A stretch of 64,000 nt of DNA from Hamiltosporidium tvaerminnensis FI-OER-3-3 (GCA_022605425.2 JAKIMF020000001.1:1612001-1676000), one strand, 5' to 3'; positions 1-13,000 are shown, counted from the first letter of the stretch. Numbers and translations: made by a program. The notes: generated from the sequence alone by a model not told the origin.

Positions 1-1077
1 GAGACATTAAAAGCATTTGCACAATCAAAAGGAATAACTAATGTTGATGATGATGCATTGAGAATTTTAGCACAAGATTTAGAATATAGAATAAAAGAAG
101 TATGTCAAGAAGCTGGTAAATTTATGTTGTGCTCTAGAAGAACAAAGTTATCAATAGATGATGTAAATTACGCATTACAAAGTAGAAACGTTGAGCCTTT
201 GTATGGATATGACCCACAAGACAGTTTGGTATTTAAAAATATTCCTTCTAATATTTATTATGTCCCTGATGAAGAATTAGATTTAGAAGAATTTCTTAAT
301 AGGCCTTTACCAAAAATTCCTTTACCTACTTCTTTACATTCACATTGGTTGGCAATAGAAGGAGTTCAACCACAAATACCACAGAATCCATTACCTTTAG
401 AAAAACCTATAATTAAAAAGGATTTACTTATGAGTTATCAAGAAGAAGCAGAACTTAAATCACAAAACAAACATGTTTTAAGTAAAGAATTACAACTTTA
501 CTTTGACAAGATAGTATTGTTTATGCAGGGTTCTGATAACGAAAGAGAAATAGCGTTAGAATGCATGGAAAAAGAAAGTGGAATTCAGCAATTAATTCCT
601 TATTTTATACAAAATTTTAGTGAATTTATTATAAAAAATATTTTTAATTCAAAAAATCTTACAACTATAATAAAAATGTATGAATCATTATTAAAAAACC
701 AATTCATATTTATAGATCCGTATCTTCATCAAATTTTACCTGCTATTTTGACATGTGTCATTGGTAAATCTATAGAAAATGATACAATTAGAATATCAGC
801 ATCTAACGTAGTTAAATACGTTTATAATAGATTTTCTTCTAGCTATAATACACTAGCACCGCGTGTTCTAAATACTCTTACTAGAACATGGCTTGATAAA
901 TTAAAAAATGAAAATTCACAATACGGTGCTCTTTATTGTTTAAGTATTTTATCTGATAATATTTTAGAAACAGTTATACTTAAAAATTCAGAAAAATATA
1001 AAAATGAAATAAATAATCGTAAAGTTACTGATTTTCTTAATGAGTTGGTTGAAAAATACAAAGGAAATAATTTATAA
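1..1077 (+). CDS. TAF6: Transcription initiation factor TFIID subunit 6, 5'-partial
   Basis: The frame is open from base 1 (ETLKAFAQSKGITNVDDDAL...), so the true start lies upstream of the window. Histone fold (LAQDLEYRIKEVCQEAGKFM..RRTKLSIDDVNYAL..NVEPLYG), HWLAIEGVQPQIPQNP, KHVLSKELQLYF and a HEAT-like C-domain (YLHQILPAILTC) are all TAF6 hallmarks. Confidence 0.95.
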   Translation, partial: ETLKAFAQSKGITNVDDDALRILAQDLEYRIKEVCQEAGKFMLCSRRTKLSIDDVNYALQSRNVEPLYGYDPQDSLVFKNIPSNIYYVPDEELDLEEFLNRPLPKIPLPTSLHSHWLAIEGVQPQIPQNPLPLEKPIIKKDLLMSYQEEAELKSQNKHVLSKELQLYFDKIVLFMQGSDNEREIALECMEKESGIQQLIPYFIQNFSEFIIKNIFNSKNLTTIIKMYESLLKNQFIFIDPYLHQILPAILTCVIGKSIENDTIRISASNVVKYVYNRFSSSYNTLAPRVLNTLTRTWLDKLKNENSQYGALYCLSILSDNILETVILKNSEKYKNEINNRKVTDFLNELVEKYKGNNL

Positions 1078-1989
1078 ATAAAAATTTAGGATTCTATTTC
1101 TGTTTAAAATTTTCTTCTAAAATTAGGTCATTTAAATTCTTAAATGATTTTTTACCTTTGAATTTTTCATCTTTTGTTTACTTATTGCCTTTATTTGAAT
1201 TCTTTAATAATTTTGACTTTAGGTATCCGTATTGATAATCCTTCTATTTTCAATTGAAGGTCTAATAAATCTAGTGTTTATTTATTAAAATTTCATTCTT
1301 ATTTATGAGTATATATTATAAGTATATATGTTTAATATAACTTACTATAAATGGCATATCTGTACTCTTTTATTCAACACTAACCAAAGAATATTATGTA
1401 TATAATTCTCCGGGCAAGTTAAAAAAAATAATTTATTTTTTATTTTTCCATGCAATTGACTGTATAAATTTTTTAATTCTTTTTTTGAAATTCGGAATTA
1501 TTCTTAAATAAATTTTTTGTAATTTTTAAATATTTCATCTTAGTTATCATATAAAGAACTATCCCATTTCTATATGAATAAAAAATACTTGAGTATTTTC
1601 CAAAAAGTTGTTTTTATTAGAACTCTGTTTTATAATTTGAAACATATTTTTTTAATAATTTCAATTTTAATGTAACTTTCTCTGTAATTTTTTCATTTCA
1701 AAATAAGATAAAATCTTTTATAGGACAAGAACATATAAAATTTACATTTTCATGTGTATTATCTTATTTTGTTTTTATCTAGAATAGATATTTTTTAGTT
1801 TTAGAATCATAGCATACATTTATTACAATAAATAATTCATACTTGCATTCATTTCAGAGATATATAAAATATTTATTAATTTCCTTTTAATGCTCTAGAT
1901 TTAATTAAAATATAATAGTAAATGAATATGAAGACCAATCTTTAAATTCTAGATTTTATATTTATTAATATACTAATATATTAATTTAT

Positions 1990-2122
1990 TAATATATTAA
2001 TTTATTAATTAAAATTAAATTTGGTGATTTTTTAAAAACATCAATTGTCTGATTTTTAATTTTATATTAATTTATTAATTAAAATTAAATTTGGTGATTT
2101 TTTACAAACATTTAATTGTCTG
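1990..2122. repeat. Local tandem duplication (~65-70 bp, 2 copies)
   Basis: TATATTAATTTATTAATTAAAATTAAATTTGGTGATTTTTTA.AAACAT..AATTGTCTG occurs twice in succession. Confidence 0.8.
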
Positions 2123-2243
2123 TTTGATATGTCATAGGTATTTTTTGATATCAGATTTGTTTCAAAAAATTTGATAAAACGTATTGTTACAAATATAAAC
2201 TTGAAACCTTTTTATCAAAAAAAATAAACTATATTCCCTTATA

Positions 2244-3236
2244 ATGCTTATCGTGAACTTAGCGCCTTTGGATCAGTCACCGAGAACTTTGAATATTGTA
2301 AAGAAACAACTAGAAAAAAATAAGAATATTGAATTATTGGCATATAGACCGAGTACATTTATAGAAATACCATGTAAAGTTCGGTATATAAGGTATTTTG
2401 AATCCAAAAATATTTTTATGAAATTTTTTAAGTTAATTTATTGCAATATTATGGTTGCATTCTATGTATTGACGAGTAAAGAAAGAAATGTAATGTTTGT
2501 TTGCCCACCAATATTTATATTTTTCGGGTTTATGTCAGCTTTTATGGTTAAAGATACTGTTTTAATTGATTGGCATCGATTTAATAACAAAGTTACACTT
2601 TTTGAGAGCTTTTTGATAAAAATGGCCGAAATAAATTCGTGTGTGACAGAAGAAATGACAACTTTTGTTTCAAGATTAGGCAACGCAGTGTGTATGCCTG
2701 ATAAGCCCATTATGTTTTATGAAAGGTTAGATAAAACAAAGGAGATCACTAAGTTATCAGAGAAATATATTAGCTTTAAATTATTTTTGGAAAATTTTAA
2801 TATTTTGAAGCATTTAGAATCAATGCCAATATTTTTATGTTCTACAAGTTACAGTATCGAGGAAAAAAATGACTATTTATTAGAATATTTGATTAAACTC
2901 GATACACGAGTAAGAACACCGTTTATCTTTATTTTTACAACAAAGAAAATTGTTGATTTTCCTAATTTAAAAAATATTTTCATAACTTCTCAGTTTTTTG
3001 ATTATAACGATTATATTAATTTATTGAGATGTGCTGATTTAGGTGTCAATATGCATGATATTTGGATGGATTATCCTATGAAATGTATTGATTATATATC
3101 TTGTAAATTACCATTTATTGGAGCCAATGAACTTGAAAACATTGAAAGAATTATTAACAGCGATCAATGTTCTATTAAACAACATGAAACTACTGAAACA
3201 TTTCAAATACCTAGTGAAATAATGAAATGGAAATAA
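2244..3236 (+). CDS. ALG1: ALG1-like chitobiosyldiphosphodolichol beta-1,4-mannosyltransferase (GT33), shortened
   Basis: Alg1 motifs appear in order: DQSPR, IDWH, CVTEEM, STS(Y), CADLGV.MH, DYPMKCID...KLP. CCC motif at 2236-2238 before the ATG. Confidence 0.8.
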   Translation: MLIVNLAPLDQSPRTLNIVKKQLEKNKNIELLAYRPSTFIEIPCKVRYIRYFESKNIFMKFFKLIYCNIMVAFYVLTSKERNVMFVCPPIFIFFGFMSAFMVKDTVLIDWHRFNNKVTLFESFLIKMAEINSCVTEEMTTFVSRLGNAVCMPDKPIMFYERLDKTKEITKLSEKYISFKLFLENFNILKHLESMPIFLCSTSYSIEEKNDYLLEYLIKLDTRVRTPFIFIFTTKKIVDFPNLKNIFITSQFFDYNDYINLLRCADLGVNMHDIWMDYPMKCIDYISCKLPFIGANELENIERIINSDQCSIKQHETTETFQIPSEIMKWK

Positions 3237-4799
3237 ACTTTTATTGTATATTTGTGTTAAAAATATTTAATTTCATTTTATTCCTATAAATTTCAACCAA
3301 AAATTATTTTTTTATCTTAGTTTAATAAGAATATAGTTGTTAGAGATATTAGACAACAATGTTGAGACTCTATAAAACGAACTACTATTATTAAGATTTA
3401 TATATATAATTTGTAATTTATAAACCTAGGAATGAGTTTAATAATCGAAGTTACCCCTAAAAACAATGTAAGAAATTTATTTTTCAAGGCAAAATTTTGC
3501 TTATTTTATTCATAGAAATAAGCTAATTAGACAATCTGTGTTTTTATTTTTGGAAAACGATAAAAAAAATATTATTTATATAATTCAGTAATTTCCGACG
3601 ACGACTCACCTCGAAATGTTTAATTGGTTAAAAGAATATAAGACACCAATAAGAGTGCTCCAATCAAGAATAGAGTCTTTCTGTTTGTTCGTAAATCTTA
3701 CACAACCTGTAATAGAGAGTAGAACTGAACATAAAACAATTGAAAACTTTCTAATGGTTCAAAAAAAATTTGAAATAAAACTTGTAAAAATATTTCTAGA
3801 CTGTATTAATGTGGAAGGAAAAACGAACATATATTTTTTTTCATTTTTCTAAAGTATTCTGTTATAAAAATTACATCACTTGCTTGGGATTTCTTTTCTA
3901 AGAATTTAAAGTTACATGAAAAATTGCATGATAAGATTGAGGCTTTTCTACCATTCTTCTATGTAGTATATTTATATGCTCAATAATAATTCCACAAAAC
4001 AATTTTGTTTGAATGTCTTCGTGAAACTTTATATTTGAATAAACTAAAAGATATTTACTTGAAATGTGTATGAATTAATAGATAAATAAATTAACAAATA
4101 CAGCATATAGTTAAAATAACAGTATTTTCAGACAAAAAAACTACTTCATCTGGATAAATTTCTTTGAGAAAATAGACATAATTGAATAAAAATAGGTGGA
4201 AAGGGAACAGGCTAAACATATACGCTGAGCTGAAGCTCTGATAATTTGAAATTAAATGAAAAAAAGAAAGAAGAATATGCTAATTGAAAAATATCAAATT
4301 TTATTGAGAAATGTCCCAAGACTACTAAAAATGTGATATGAAAGACTAAAAAATATACGAGTAACAGACTAGGTGATAGTATAAAATTTTATTGTGATGA
4401 TTAAAGAATTATGGCCCAAGAAATGAACTCTAAGATTATTTTAGACTTTTTTTCTTATAAATGTAAATGAAAGTTCGTTTCTACGAGCTTAGCGTCTAGT
4501 AATACATATATTTAAACTAAAATTTAATTAATTATAGGAGCTTTTTCTTTAAATTTGATTTGCAAATATAATGTTTGGGATTTTTGACTTATTTTTTATA
4601 TTCAATTACTCTCTGCATTTTAAAAATATGATGCAGATTTTGTCATCTTACCGATAGTAAGACATAAGCATAGAGGGTGAATAACCCCACAAAAAAACCA
4701 TCTCCTTGGTAATGATTAGGCGATTAATTGCTGTTGAAAAGAATATTTGAATCAAAAGAGAGATGATAATAATACTATATTTTTCATTTTACATTGAAT

Positions 4800-5325
4800 A
4801 TATATGAGAGGAATATGATTTTAAATCTGTGAAACTGTTTTTACGAAAAAGTTGATGAGTCTGTATATAGCTAGATTGTAAACCACGGATGAAATTGTGG
4901 GCAATAGCTATGTAAAAGAATGAAAACCTAACCTTACACACTCGGGTTAAACAATTAGTGCCTGAGAGTATAAAAAAAAAACCATATAAAGTCAGTAAAG
5001 CCGAGAAGTAGGTGATGCCCATTGACATGGTATTGAGACATATAGTTAAACCCCATGGAACTCGCAGAAATATATCTTGGCACGAGAATATTTACTTTAT
5101 AAAGTGTTCGCTACACAAGAGTATTGTTGGTCCTGGTTGAACACAAAGGTTGGGGTAAGATTCAATCACAGTCAAGGCAACAGACATAAATGAACTACAG
5201 GCAACTGTCTCTCCCATGTATTAGGTTTCAAACACCTGTAGATAAAAATATAGGTGATTTTGGTATTGAAGAGAATTTGATAGAAGCTGGTATGCAGTTA
5301 TGTGTGTAAAATATAAAACTGCGTC
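4800..5325 (+). repeat. Dispersed repeat copy A (decayed coding sequence; homologous to ~48390-48906)
   Basis: Collinear shared blocks with copy B: CTAGATTG, TGAAATTGT, ATGTAAAAG, AAACCTA.CCTT, CACTCGGGTTA, CCCCATG, GAAATATATCTT, GCAACAGACAT, ACACCTG, AACTGCGT. Confidence 0.8.
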
Positions 5326-5861
5326 CGTAGCTCCAAATAATATGAAATTAGCTGCTTATTTTCAATACAAATCTTATTTATTTAATACAAGTAATTGATT
5401 CTACAAATATTTTAGAATTTTTGTATTTATTATGTTTATGAGTTTATATAATATTTTTTTATGATTTAAAAAATGTTATAAATTTAGTATCACATGTAAC
5501 ACACGTTTAAAACCACAACTTTTATGTTTTTAAAAAATCTCAATTAAAATAAACAATAAAAAAATATTTTTTTAAGTTGTATTGACAAAACCTGAATTTT
5601 AATTTTAAAATTATCTGTGTTGAAGGAAAAATAAGAAAAAAGCTTTCCGTTGAAGAATTTTATTTGTTACTATGTTTCAATTTATATATATTTATATCAT
5701 TGAAATAGTTGCCTATGAACAAGATTAATAAAAACTGCCTCAAAATTACATTAAACTTTTTCGGTTGTGTAACAACTGAAACTCCTTCAAGGAAAATTTG
5801 ATTCGAATTCCGAATCGAGATAATTATTTATTTCAGCTGATCTCTTTGATCTAACTGGTTA

Positions 5862-8171
5862 TTAAATTTGAAAGTTAACATTTCTAAGATTATTTTTTTT
5901 CAAATAAGAAATTGTTGCATATTCCAATATTTCACATGATAAATATAAAATTTTTAAGCATTTAAATTTTTTGAAAAAGTCTATATCTTCTCTACGAATC
6001 ATGTTACTTAGAATTGCTAAAGATTCTATCTTTCCAAATATATTAGAATCTGTAAAAATTTTTTCAAAATCAATATAATTCGAGCTATTATAAATACCGA
6101 TAGAAATAAGTTCGAGACTAGTCATTTTACTTAGAAAACTATATTCAATATTGGTAATACTATAAACGTGATAATAAATGCTCAAAATACCAGAAAAATC
6201 ATATGTATTAGATATAAAATCCAAATAATTTGTTGTTTTGTCATCATCTAATGCAGTTATGATTTTTAAACACTTCAGACTTATTTTTTTTCGTTTCGTT
6301 ATCGAACCAAAAATATATTTGCGAATTTTTTTGAAATATGAAGCCGAATACTTTATATCGATCCATATTAGCTTAAAAAGTTCAACACGTCTAAATCTTT
6401 CTAAAAAAATCAAAAACCTCGAATCCATATCCGAGAATGAATCTATCAAATTAAAAGATATTAGGTTTTGATTAATTGCATTATTGTTTGAAAGAAAATT
6501 AAAATTAGCTTTAAAGACAAATTTTTCGGCTCCAAAGGTTTTAAATGTATTTGAATTCAAAATAAACAAAAGCAATTCATCTGTGATTACAATATTTTTT
6601 AGTGAAAAAGTTTTTATGCTATCTAAACAGGAAAGTAATATCAAAGCCGTATTATCAAGCTCAAAAGGCGATGAATTATTTTCAAAATTAAGATACATAC
6701 ATTTGTATCTCGAGCATTCAAATCTCACAAAATCCAAAAGAAATTTTGAATCCTTTTTGTTTGAATAAAGATATTTATTTAAATATGGCAAATATTGAAT
6801 AGGGACTTCTGTGTTTTCTGATTCCTTTTTAAAATTGCGAGCATAAAATGTACAATTATTAGGAATAAGCTTTAAAAAATCGAAATCAATATTTAGGAGT
6901 TCAAAGTTAAATGGAAATAATTTGCAAATTATACTTTTATTTTTTAAAGAAAAATTTATAACCGTACGCAATTGATCAAAACTGCATTTTCTTGTATTAA
7001 TTATAAGTTTCTGAAAACAATTAAATGACTCTAAAATGTCTTTTAGTTCATCTGCTGTATAATCGAATTCGAATTTTAAGACTTTTAAATTCTTAGAAAA
7101 AACGTTAATTTGTTTTTTAGAAAATAATCTCTTTGGATTTCCGGCATAATGAATATAAAGTTTTTTTGTGTGCAATATTATATTGGAAAAAATATTCATA
7201 GCATTTTCATCAGTCTTTAAGTCCGAAAAAATTAAATCAAGAAGATCTAAGTTTGTAATATTAAGCAAAAATCGACACGTATCTAATAGATATTTTACAT
7301 TTAACATTTTATATAATTTTTTAATGCTCTGATCATCAAATCTTAAAAAAATTATATTTTCATCTTTTTCATCAACATTGAATGTATTAAAAAGTATATC
7401 GAGACTATTAAATCTAATATATTTGTTTCCTGTTAAAAAATTGGATCTTTGAGCGCTCTTATCATTAAATGTTATATAATCAAAACAATATATTAATAAA
7501 TCCATAAGAATTGATCTTTCTATTTCTCTCTGATTATAACCTTCATAAAAACTATCAAAATCAAAATCTTGGTTTTCATTTTGCATAGCGAACATAAAAT
7601 TTTTAAGCAATTCTTTTAAAAAATGATTTCTTTCTTTTGATTTTTTTATATTTAGTCTGGAAACAATCATTAAAATATCTAAAAAATCCTGTATTTTTAT
7701 TTGAATAACAATTATATCTGGATTATCTAATAATTTTAGAAATAGAAGTAAGGCCGAAACCGAAACATTTTTAAGCAATATCTCAATATTTTCCTGGTTA
7801 GATTCAAATGAAGTTTTTAAAATATTTGAATTGAGTAACATGTTGTTTCTGTAAGGTATTGTTATGATATTAGGAATGTAATATTTTATTTCGTTATTCA
7901 CAGATTCGCAGTGTAAAGTATTATATTTTATATTTTTCCTTTCTTCTTCACCATTTTTCGATTCTATAAACCCATTTTCAGGTATAATTGTTCCGTAAGA
8001 CAAATCGCTAGTATTAGGATCTAAGACACGATTTTCTTCATTAAAAACAAAAAAACTTACAGTAGTTAAATGTACAAAACAAGTAAAACATATTAAGAAA
8101 ATAAATAAGCTTTGGTAGTTTTTTTTAATATTATGTTTTTCCGGGTTCTTGATACATGAATTCAATGACAT
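5862..8171 (-). CDS. Lineage-specific secreted/membrane protein, BTB-like region plus degenerate LRRs (family member 1)
   Basis: 769-aa ORF. N-terminal hydrophobic segment (LFIFLICFTCFVHLTTVSFF), BTB-like stretch (MLLNSNILKTSF...ILLKNVSVSALLLFLKLL...FLDILMIVSRLNI), C-terminal LxxLxxLxL repeats (FKKFKCLKILYL, LSKMTSLELISI). Confidence 0.65.
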   Translation of the reverse strand: MSLNSCIKNPEKHNIKKNYQSLFIFLICFTCFVHLTTVSFFVFNEENRVLDPNTSDLSYGTIIPENGFIESKNGEEERKNIKYNTLHCESVNNEIKYYIPNIITIPYRNNMLLNSNILKTSFESNQENIEILLKNVSVSALLLFLKLLDNPDIIVIQIKIQDFLDILMIVSRLNIKKSKERNHFLKELLKNFMFAMQNENQDFDFDSFYEGYNQREIERSILMDLLIYCFDYITFNDKSAQRSNFLTGNKYIRFNSLDILFNTFNVDEKDENIIFLRFDDQSIKKLYKMLNVKYLLDTCRFLLNITNLDLLDLIFSDLKTDENAMNIFSNIILHTKKLYIHYAGNPKRLFSKKQINVFSKNLKVLKFEFDYTADELKDILESFNCFQKLIINTRKCSFDQLRTVINFSLKNKSIICKLFPFNFELLNIDFDFLKLIPNNCTFYARNFKKESENTEVPIQYLPYLNKYLYSNKKDSKFLLDFVRFECSRYKCMYLNFENNSSPFELDNTALILLSCLDSIKTFSLKNIVITDELLLFILNSNTFKTFGAEKFVFKANFNFLSNNNAINQNLISFNLIDSFSDMDSRFLIFLERFRRVELFKLIWIDIKYSASYFKKIRKYIFGSITKRKKISLKCLKIITALDDDKTTNYLDFISNTYDFSGILSIYYHVYSITNIEYSFLSKMTSLELISIGIYNSSNYIDFEKIFTDSNIFGKIESLAILSNMIRREDIDFFKKFKCLKILYLSCEILEYATISYLKKNNLRNVNFQI

Positions 8172-10043
8172 GCAGGTTTCGGAAGTTTTCGTTATATATT
8201 ACAAAAATTAATTAATTACCGATAAAAACCTTTTCTTTTTTGATATGAAGAGATAAAATAATGATAAAAGGAACAATCTGAAATACAAGAAAAATAAATT
8301 TCCAATCAATGGCGCTCTTTATCGATCATTGTCATATATCTAGAAAATACGAGTATTTACGAATATCTAGGTCAACAACATATATCGAAGAAAGAAATAT
8401 GCATAGGTTGTTTAAAGAGCACAAATCAAAGATTTTATAAAAATCTAACAGAATATTTGAACTAGATTAACAAAAAAAACTCTTTCTGATTTATTAAGAC
8501 ATTATATTTTGTTTATAAAATTTAAAGATGATTCGACTTTGTCCGAATGAATTATCTAAATTAGTGCTACAAAGAATATTTTTAACTAATACAAGATAAG
8601 TTTTAGAATGCGTTATAAGATGCTTATATCTTCCTAACAGAAACTTATAATAGATCTAATCAGAAAAAAATTGCAAAGCTATTGAATAAATAGCAAATTA
8701 GATTTTGCGCGAAAAGAAAAATGATTTTAATAATCAATATTAAATAATATAATCTTTAATTTTACACAATAAATGACATTATATGTGTTTAATTATAACC
8801 ATAGTAAAAAAAACAAAGCCCAAGGTTTCAAAATTGCAGGTTTTTGAAACCTTAACCTAAAAATAAATACATTTAAAATTCTATAAGTTTGAAGCGATAA
8901 ATGTTTTATTCGGATAATTCCGTGATATACCGCAATAAATGAAATTTAAACAAGGGAAAGAAAATATATTGCTATATTTCGAATTAAAATATATTATTAG
9001 CAGAAGAATAAGAATAGTTTAATTGAGATACATAAGAATATAGCCTGAGAATTTAGACCCATAAATTAAACATTTAGTGAGGTACAACTAATAATGCAAC
9101 AATGAGATGTAGCTAGATATATAAATTGCATTCTCTAAATAACTAAAACCTAGATGTTATAAATGAACAAATATTAAATTTAATAAATATTAGGTCATTT
9201 AGTTTTTTTCTTGTTTCTTTATTCTAATCTTTTTACAGTTTTATTTAGCATGTTTTTTTAATTGACTTTAATTCCATGTTCGTCAACGTTTACTTTTTAG
9301 TTTCTACACCTACAAGTTTCAGTTACCAACTTTTTTGTTTGTTTTCCCAACAACTTCTTCTCTATTGGTTTGTATTTTTATACCAAGCAATAAATGTCTA
9401 TTTCGGTACATTTTATTCCATAATTAGTTATTTTTCATTTTCTCATTGATATTTGGCTTTAACTGCAATTCTCTTTGTCATCAAAAATAATTTCAATTTT
9501 TTTTGAGTACTATCGACTAAATATATGCCTCTAAATTCATGAGTATTTATAACATTTTAAGATGCATCTTATGGTATTCTTTCACAATAACGTTCTGTGT
9601 TATCACATATGAAATCAATTCCATATTACATCCATAATTAAGAACCAAACTGTTATTTAAAAAGCCATGCATCTTTGGTTTTTATATACAGAAATTCGAA
9701 GGCAATCTTGTAAAATAATTCCAAATGCGATGAGTTTTTACATTTAGATTTTTTTTCAAAAACAACTATACTAGTCTATTATCTCGAATTTAGAAATGGG
9801 TTTTCACATTATTATTCATTCTTATCTTAGTATCCATTTTCAGACTGCTTTCGAAAAGAAGCTCATATTTTGTTTTGAGTATTTAAATTTATTACTATTT
9901 TTGGGAATTTAAAGCCGGGATATAACCACTAGATTATGAGGTTTTATATCTGCTCAAGTATTTTTCCATATTGAGTCATCAATATATAAAAAAGGTTTAC
10001 TTTTTTTAATATTTATATTTTACTTGAATAAAAAACCACCCTA

Positions 10044-13000
10044 ATGAACAGTATTATAGATAATAATTCTAATAATATAAGAAATGAAATATTTTTAGAA
10101 AATGAATTTACGACCAGTGAAATAAAAAAATATATCCACGATTTTGATAGAATTCTACTGATAGTTGAACAAACCAGCACAGAGAAATATGATGAAGAAG
10201 TTATTGATCTTCGCACTACATCAGTATACGATATAATATATCAAAACACCATATTTCCAAAAATAATGATTACACCTTTAAAATTTTTTTATTTGTCAAA
10301 ACACGGTATTTTAACTACAGAAATGTTTGATATTCTAATAATAAGACTTGATGAAATCAAAAAAGAATTTTCGAGTATTTTCAAACATTTCTACTATTTA
10401 AAAATAAGGGATTGTATTTTAAACGGTATTCCTAATATAACACGTCCATTAGTTGTAAGATCTTTTTTAAGAAAAATAAATTACTTAGATCCGATTTATT
10501 TACATTCAAAAATAAATAATTCAAATGTTTCTAATAATAAACCATCTATTAAACTATATATTTTAGAATCCAACGTTGATGAAAATGTGTTGAAATATAT
10601 TGAATTAAAGAAAATATTTGAATCAGCTATTAAAAAAGAAACTCACCCGCAAAAAATATTTAAATTTGTTGAAATAATTAAAAATATATCTTTTTTGGAA
10701 AAAATAAGTTATAAATTGTCAATGGATTTATTAAATAATGGTCATAACCTGGATAATGTAGATGTAAATAAAATCAAAGAAAATAAATATATTGAAGACC
10801 CTAAATATCTTACCATAGGAAATCAAAATGACAATAACACAGATAATATACTGAATAACAATAAAAATACTGAGGAAAACAATATACTTGCGATAAATGA
10901 AAGAAAATATCAAAAGCTTAAAGATATTTTAAAAGATAATTCGAAACTTGATTTTTATATTTCTACAACGAATAAATTTGTGGTTGAAATTTTGTCAAAA
11001 ACATACAAAAATATTTTTTATTTGGATGAAAAAGTTTCCAATATAAATTTTGAAAACAGTATTCTGGTTTTTTATGAATATATTAATATAGAAATGGCGG
11101 CAAAACCATTTAAGGAAATATTTGTATTTAATAGAGCAGATGCACCATTGACAAAGTTTATTGAAATTAAATATCTAAGAAATTCTTGTATAAATAAGGA
11201 ATCCGATGAAGACTTAAACAATAATCTCATGTCCAACGATAAGAAATTAGAACTTTTTAATTATTTAAAATCTATTGAACCCGAATTGTATATTCCTCCT
11301 ACTTCAGCTTACGTTTCACTCGATTCAGCATTTCTTATACTCACTAATTTTTTTTATCTTCTTAAAAATGTATTTGATGATAATTTTTTATTTATAAGAA
11401 ATTTGTCTATCCAAAGTAAATACGAATCACAACCTAGTGGTTTTGTCTGTATTATTATTTTACCAAGAATACACAATCATTTCATTTTTTCAAACATTCA
11501 TATCAGTAAGGTATATCCCACAAAGAAAGAATCGCAAAAAGATGCTGCATTGAATATATTACAATCATTATATGATGAAAAACTAATAAATGACTATTTA
11601 TTGCCAATAACAACTAGATTTATCAATGAAAATTTTGTCTATTTTGACTTGGTGAAAAAAATATATCGAATAGATATTTCTAACGATATATTAGATTTAA
11701 GAAATAAATTAAACGAAATAAGAGAGGAGTCGTTTCAATTGTTTTCAAAAGATCCAATAATGAAACCGGAAATGTTTTCTTTGGCTTTTAAGAAAAAATA
11801 TTCTATAAATTTAGAAATAAATAATTCTTCTGAAAGAACATGTGACATCAGTACTTTTCATCAATTGCAACCCAAGTGTCTTTCGTTTTATCCATCTATT
11901 TACTTTTTGTATGTTTTTAACGAGGGAAGTGAAAGTGACGATGATGTTGGTATTTGCTGCGGTGAATCATTTATAGAGTCAGTAAATTTCAAAGGAATAG
12001 AAATTAAGTTTTTAAAATCTGTAAGATTTTCATCAGAAGACCTATTTTATTTAATATTTTATCAAATTGCAATTTTTTCTTTGTATTTTAAGAAAACAAC
12101 TACCTCTTCTGAGATAACGAAAGATTATTGTTATTACTACGTTCCAATTAAAAATGGAAGTGTAAATATGAATTTCATTTACAATTTTTCAAGAAATTTT
12201 TTAAGAAAAAATGTTTATGAATGTGAACTTTTGAATTTAAAAGAAGAAATATTTTTTAATCCATTTAGTGGATTTTTCTATACATTTAAAAATTTTTGCA
12301 ATTTTTCAATTCATTCAAAGAAGAATTTTACTAGTTTAGACAAATATGAAAGTCTAGACGATAAAAGTATTTCGTTTTATAAATATTTTCAACAGAAATA
12401 TGATATTAAATTAAAAAACGATCCAGAAGATATGAAATTGCTTTTTGACGGAACTTTATACAGTCTGAAGGGGGAAACATCTGTCATAAATACACTCAGC
12501 AGTGAACTAGTACGCAATACTGGTATTAAAAAATCAGAATTTTTTAAGTTTCAAAAATTTAAGAAATATTTTTACGCTTTTGAATCCGTTTCCCTTGCTT
12601 TTGAACTCAAAAATAAACTTGGAATTTGTATAAATTCCCAACTTATGTCACAATGTCTTTCACTTAGATCATCTTCTTTTGGAAATAGAGGTGTTGAATA
12701 TGATTATGAACGTTTAGAATTTTTAGGCGATTCTGTATTAAAATTTATTGTATCAAAACATCTTCTTTTGGTAGCAAATGAAAATTTAAAATATATTGTC
12801 ACCAAGAAAGATTCATTTATTTCAAATGATCATTTATTTGAAATAGCAAAAAAACTTAGTATACCATACTATTTTAGCTTTATTCCTTACTGTGACAAAC
12901 TTTTCCAAGCACCAAATATTTTTATGTACTTAAAAGATTGTGGAAATCCCGAATATACGAATAAATTATTTGAATTGCTTAAAATTTTTAAAACTGAAAG

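Noticed and set aside
3454-3490. CCCC motif followed by ATGTAAG, a possible start-adjacent short intron
   Set aside because: No convincing branch point or acceptor, and no credible downstream ORF.
4789-5028. Minus-strand ORFs in the dispersed repeat (also 48376-48624)
   Set aside because: The synonymous substitution pattern favours a plus-strand frame; the minus-strand similarity simply reflects DNA homology.
5859-5864. TAA reassignment (alternative genetic code) suggested by in-frame TAAs
   Set aside because: Conserved genes here (TAF6, Tra1, Ssl1, phosphatase) terminate at TAA at the expected C-termini and have no internal TAA.
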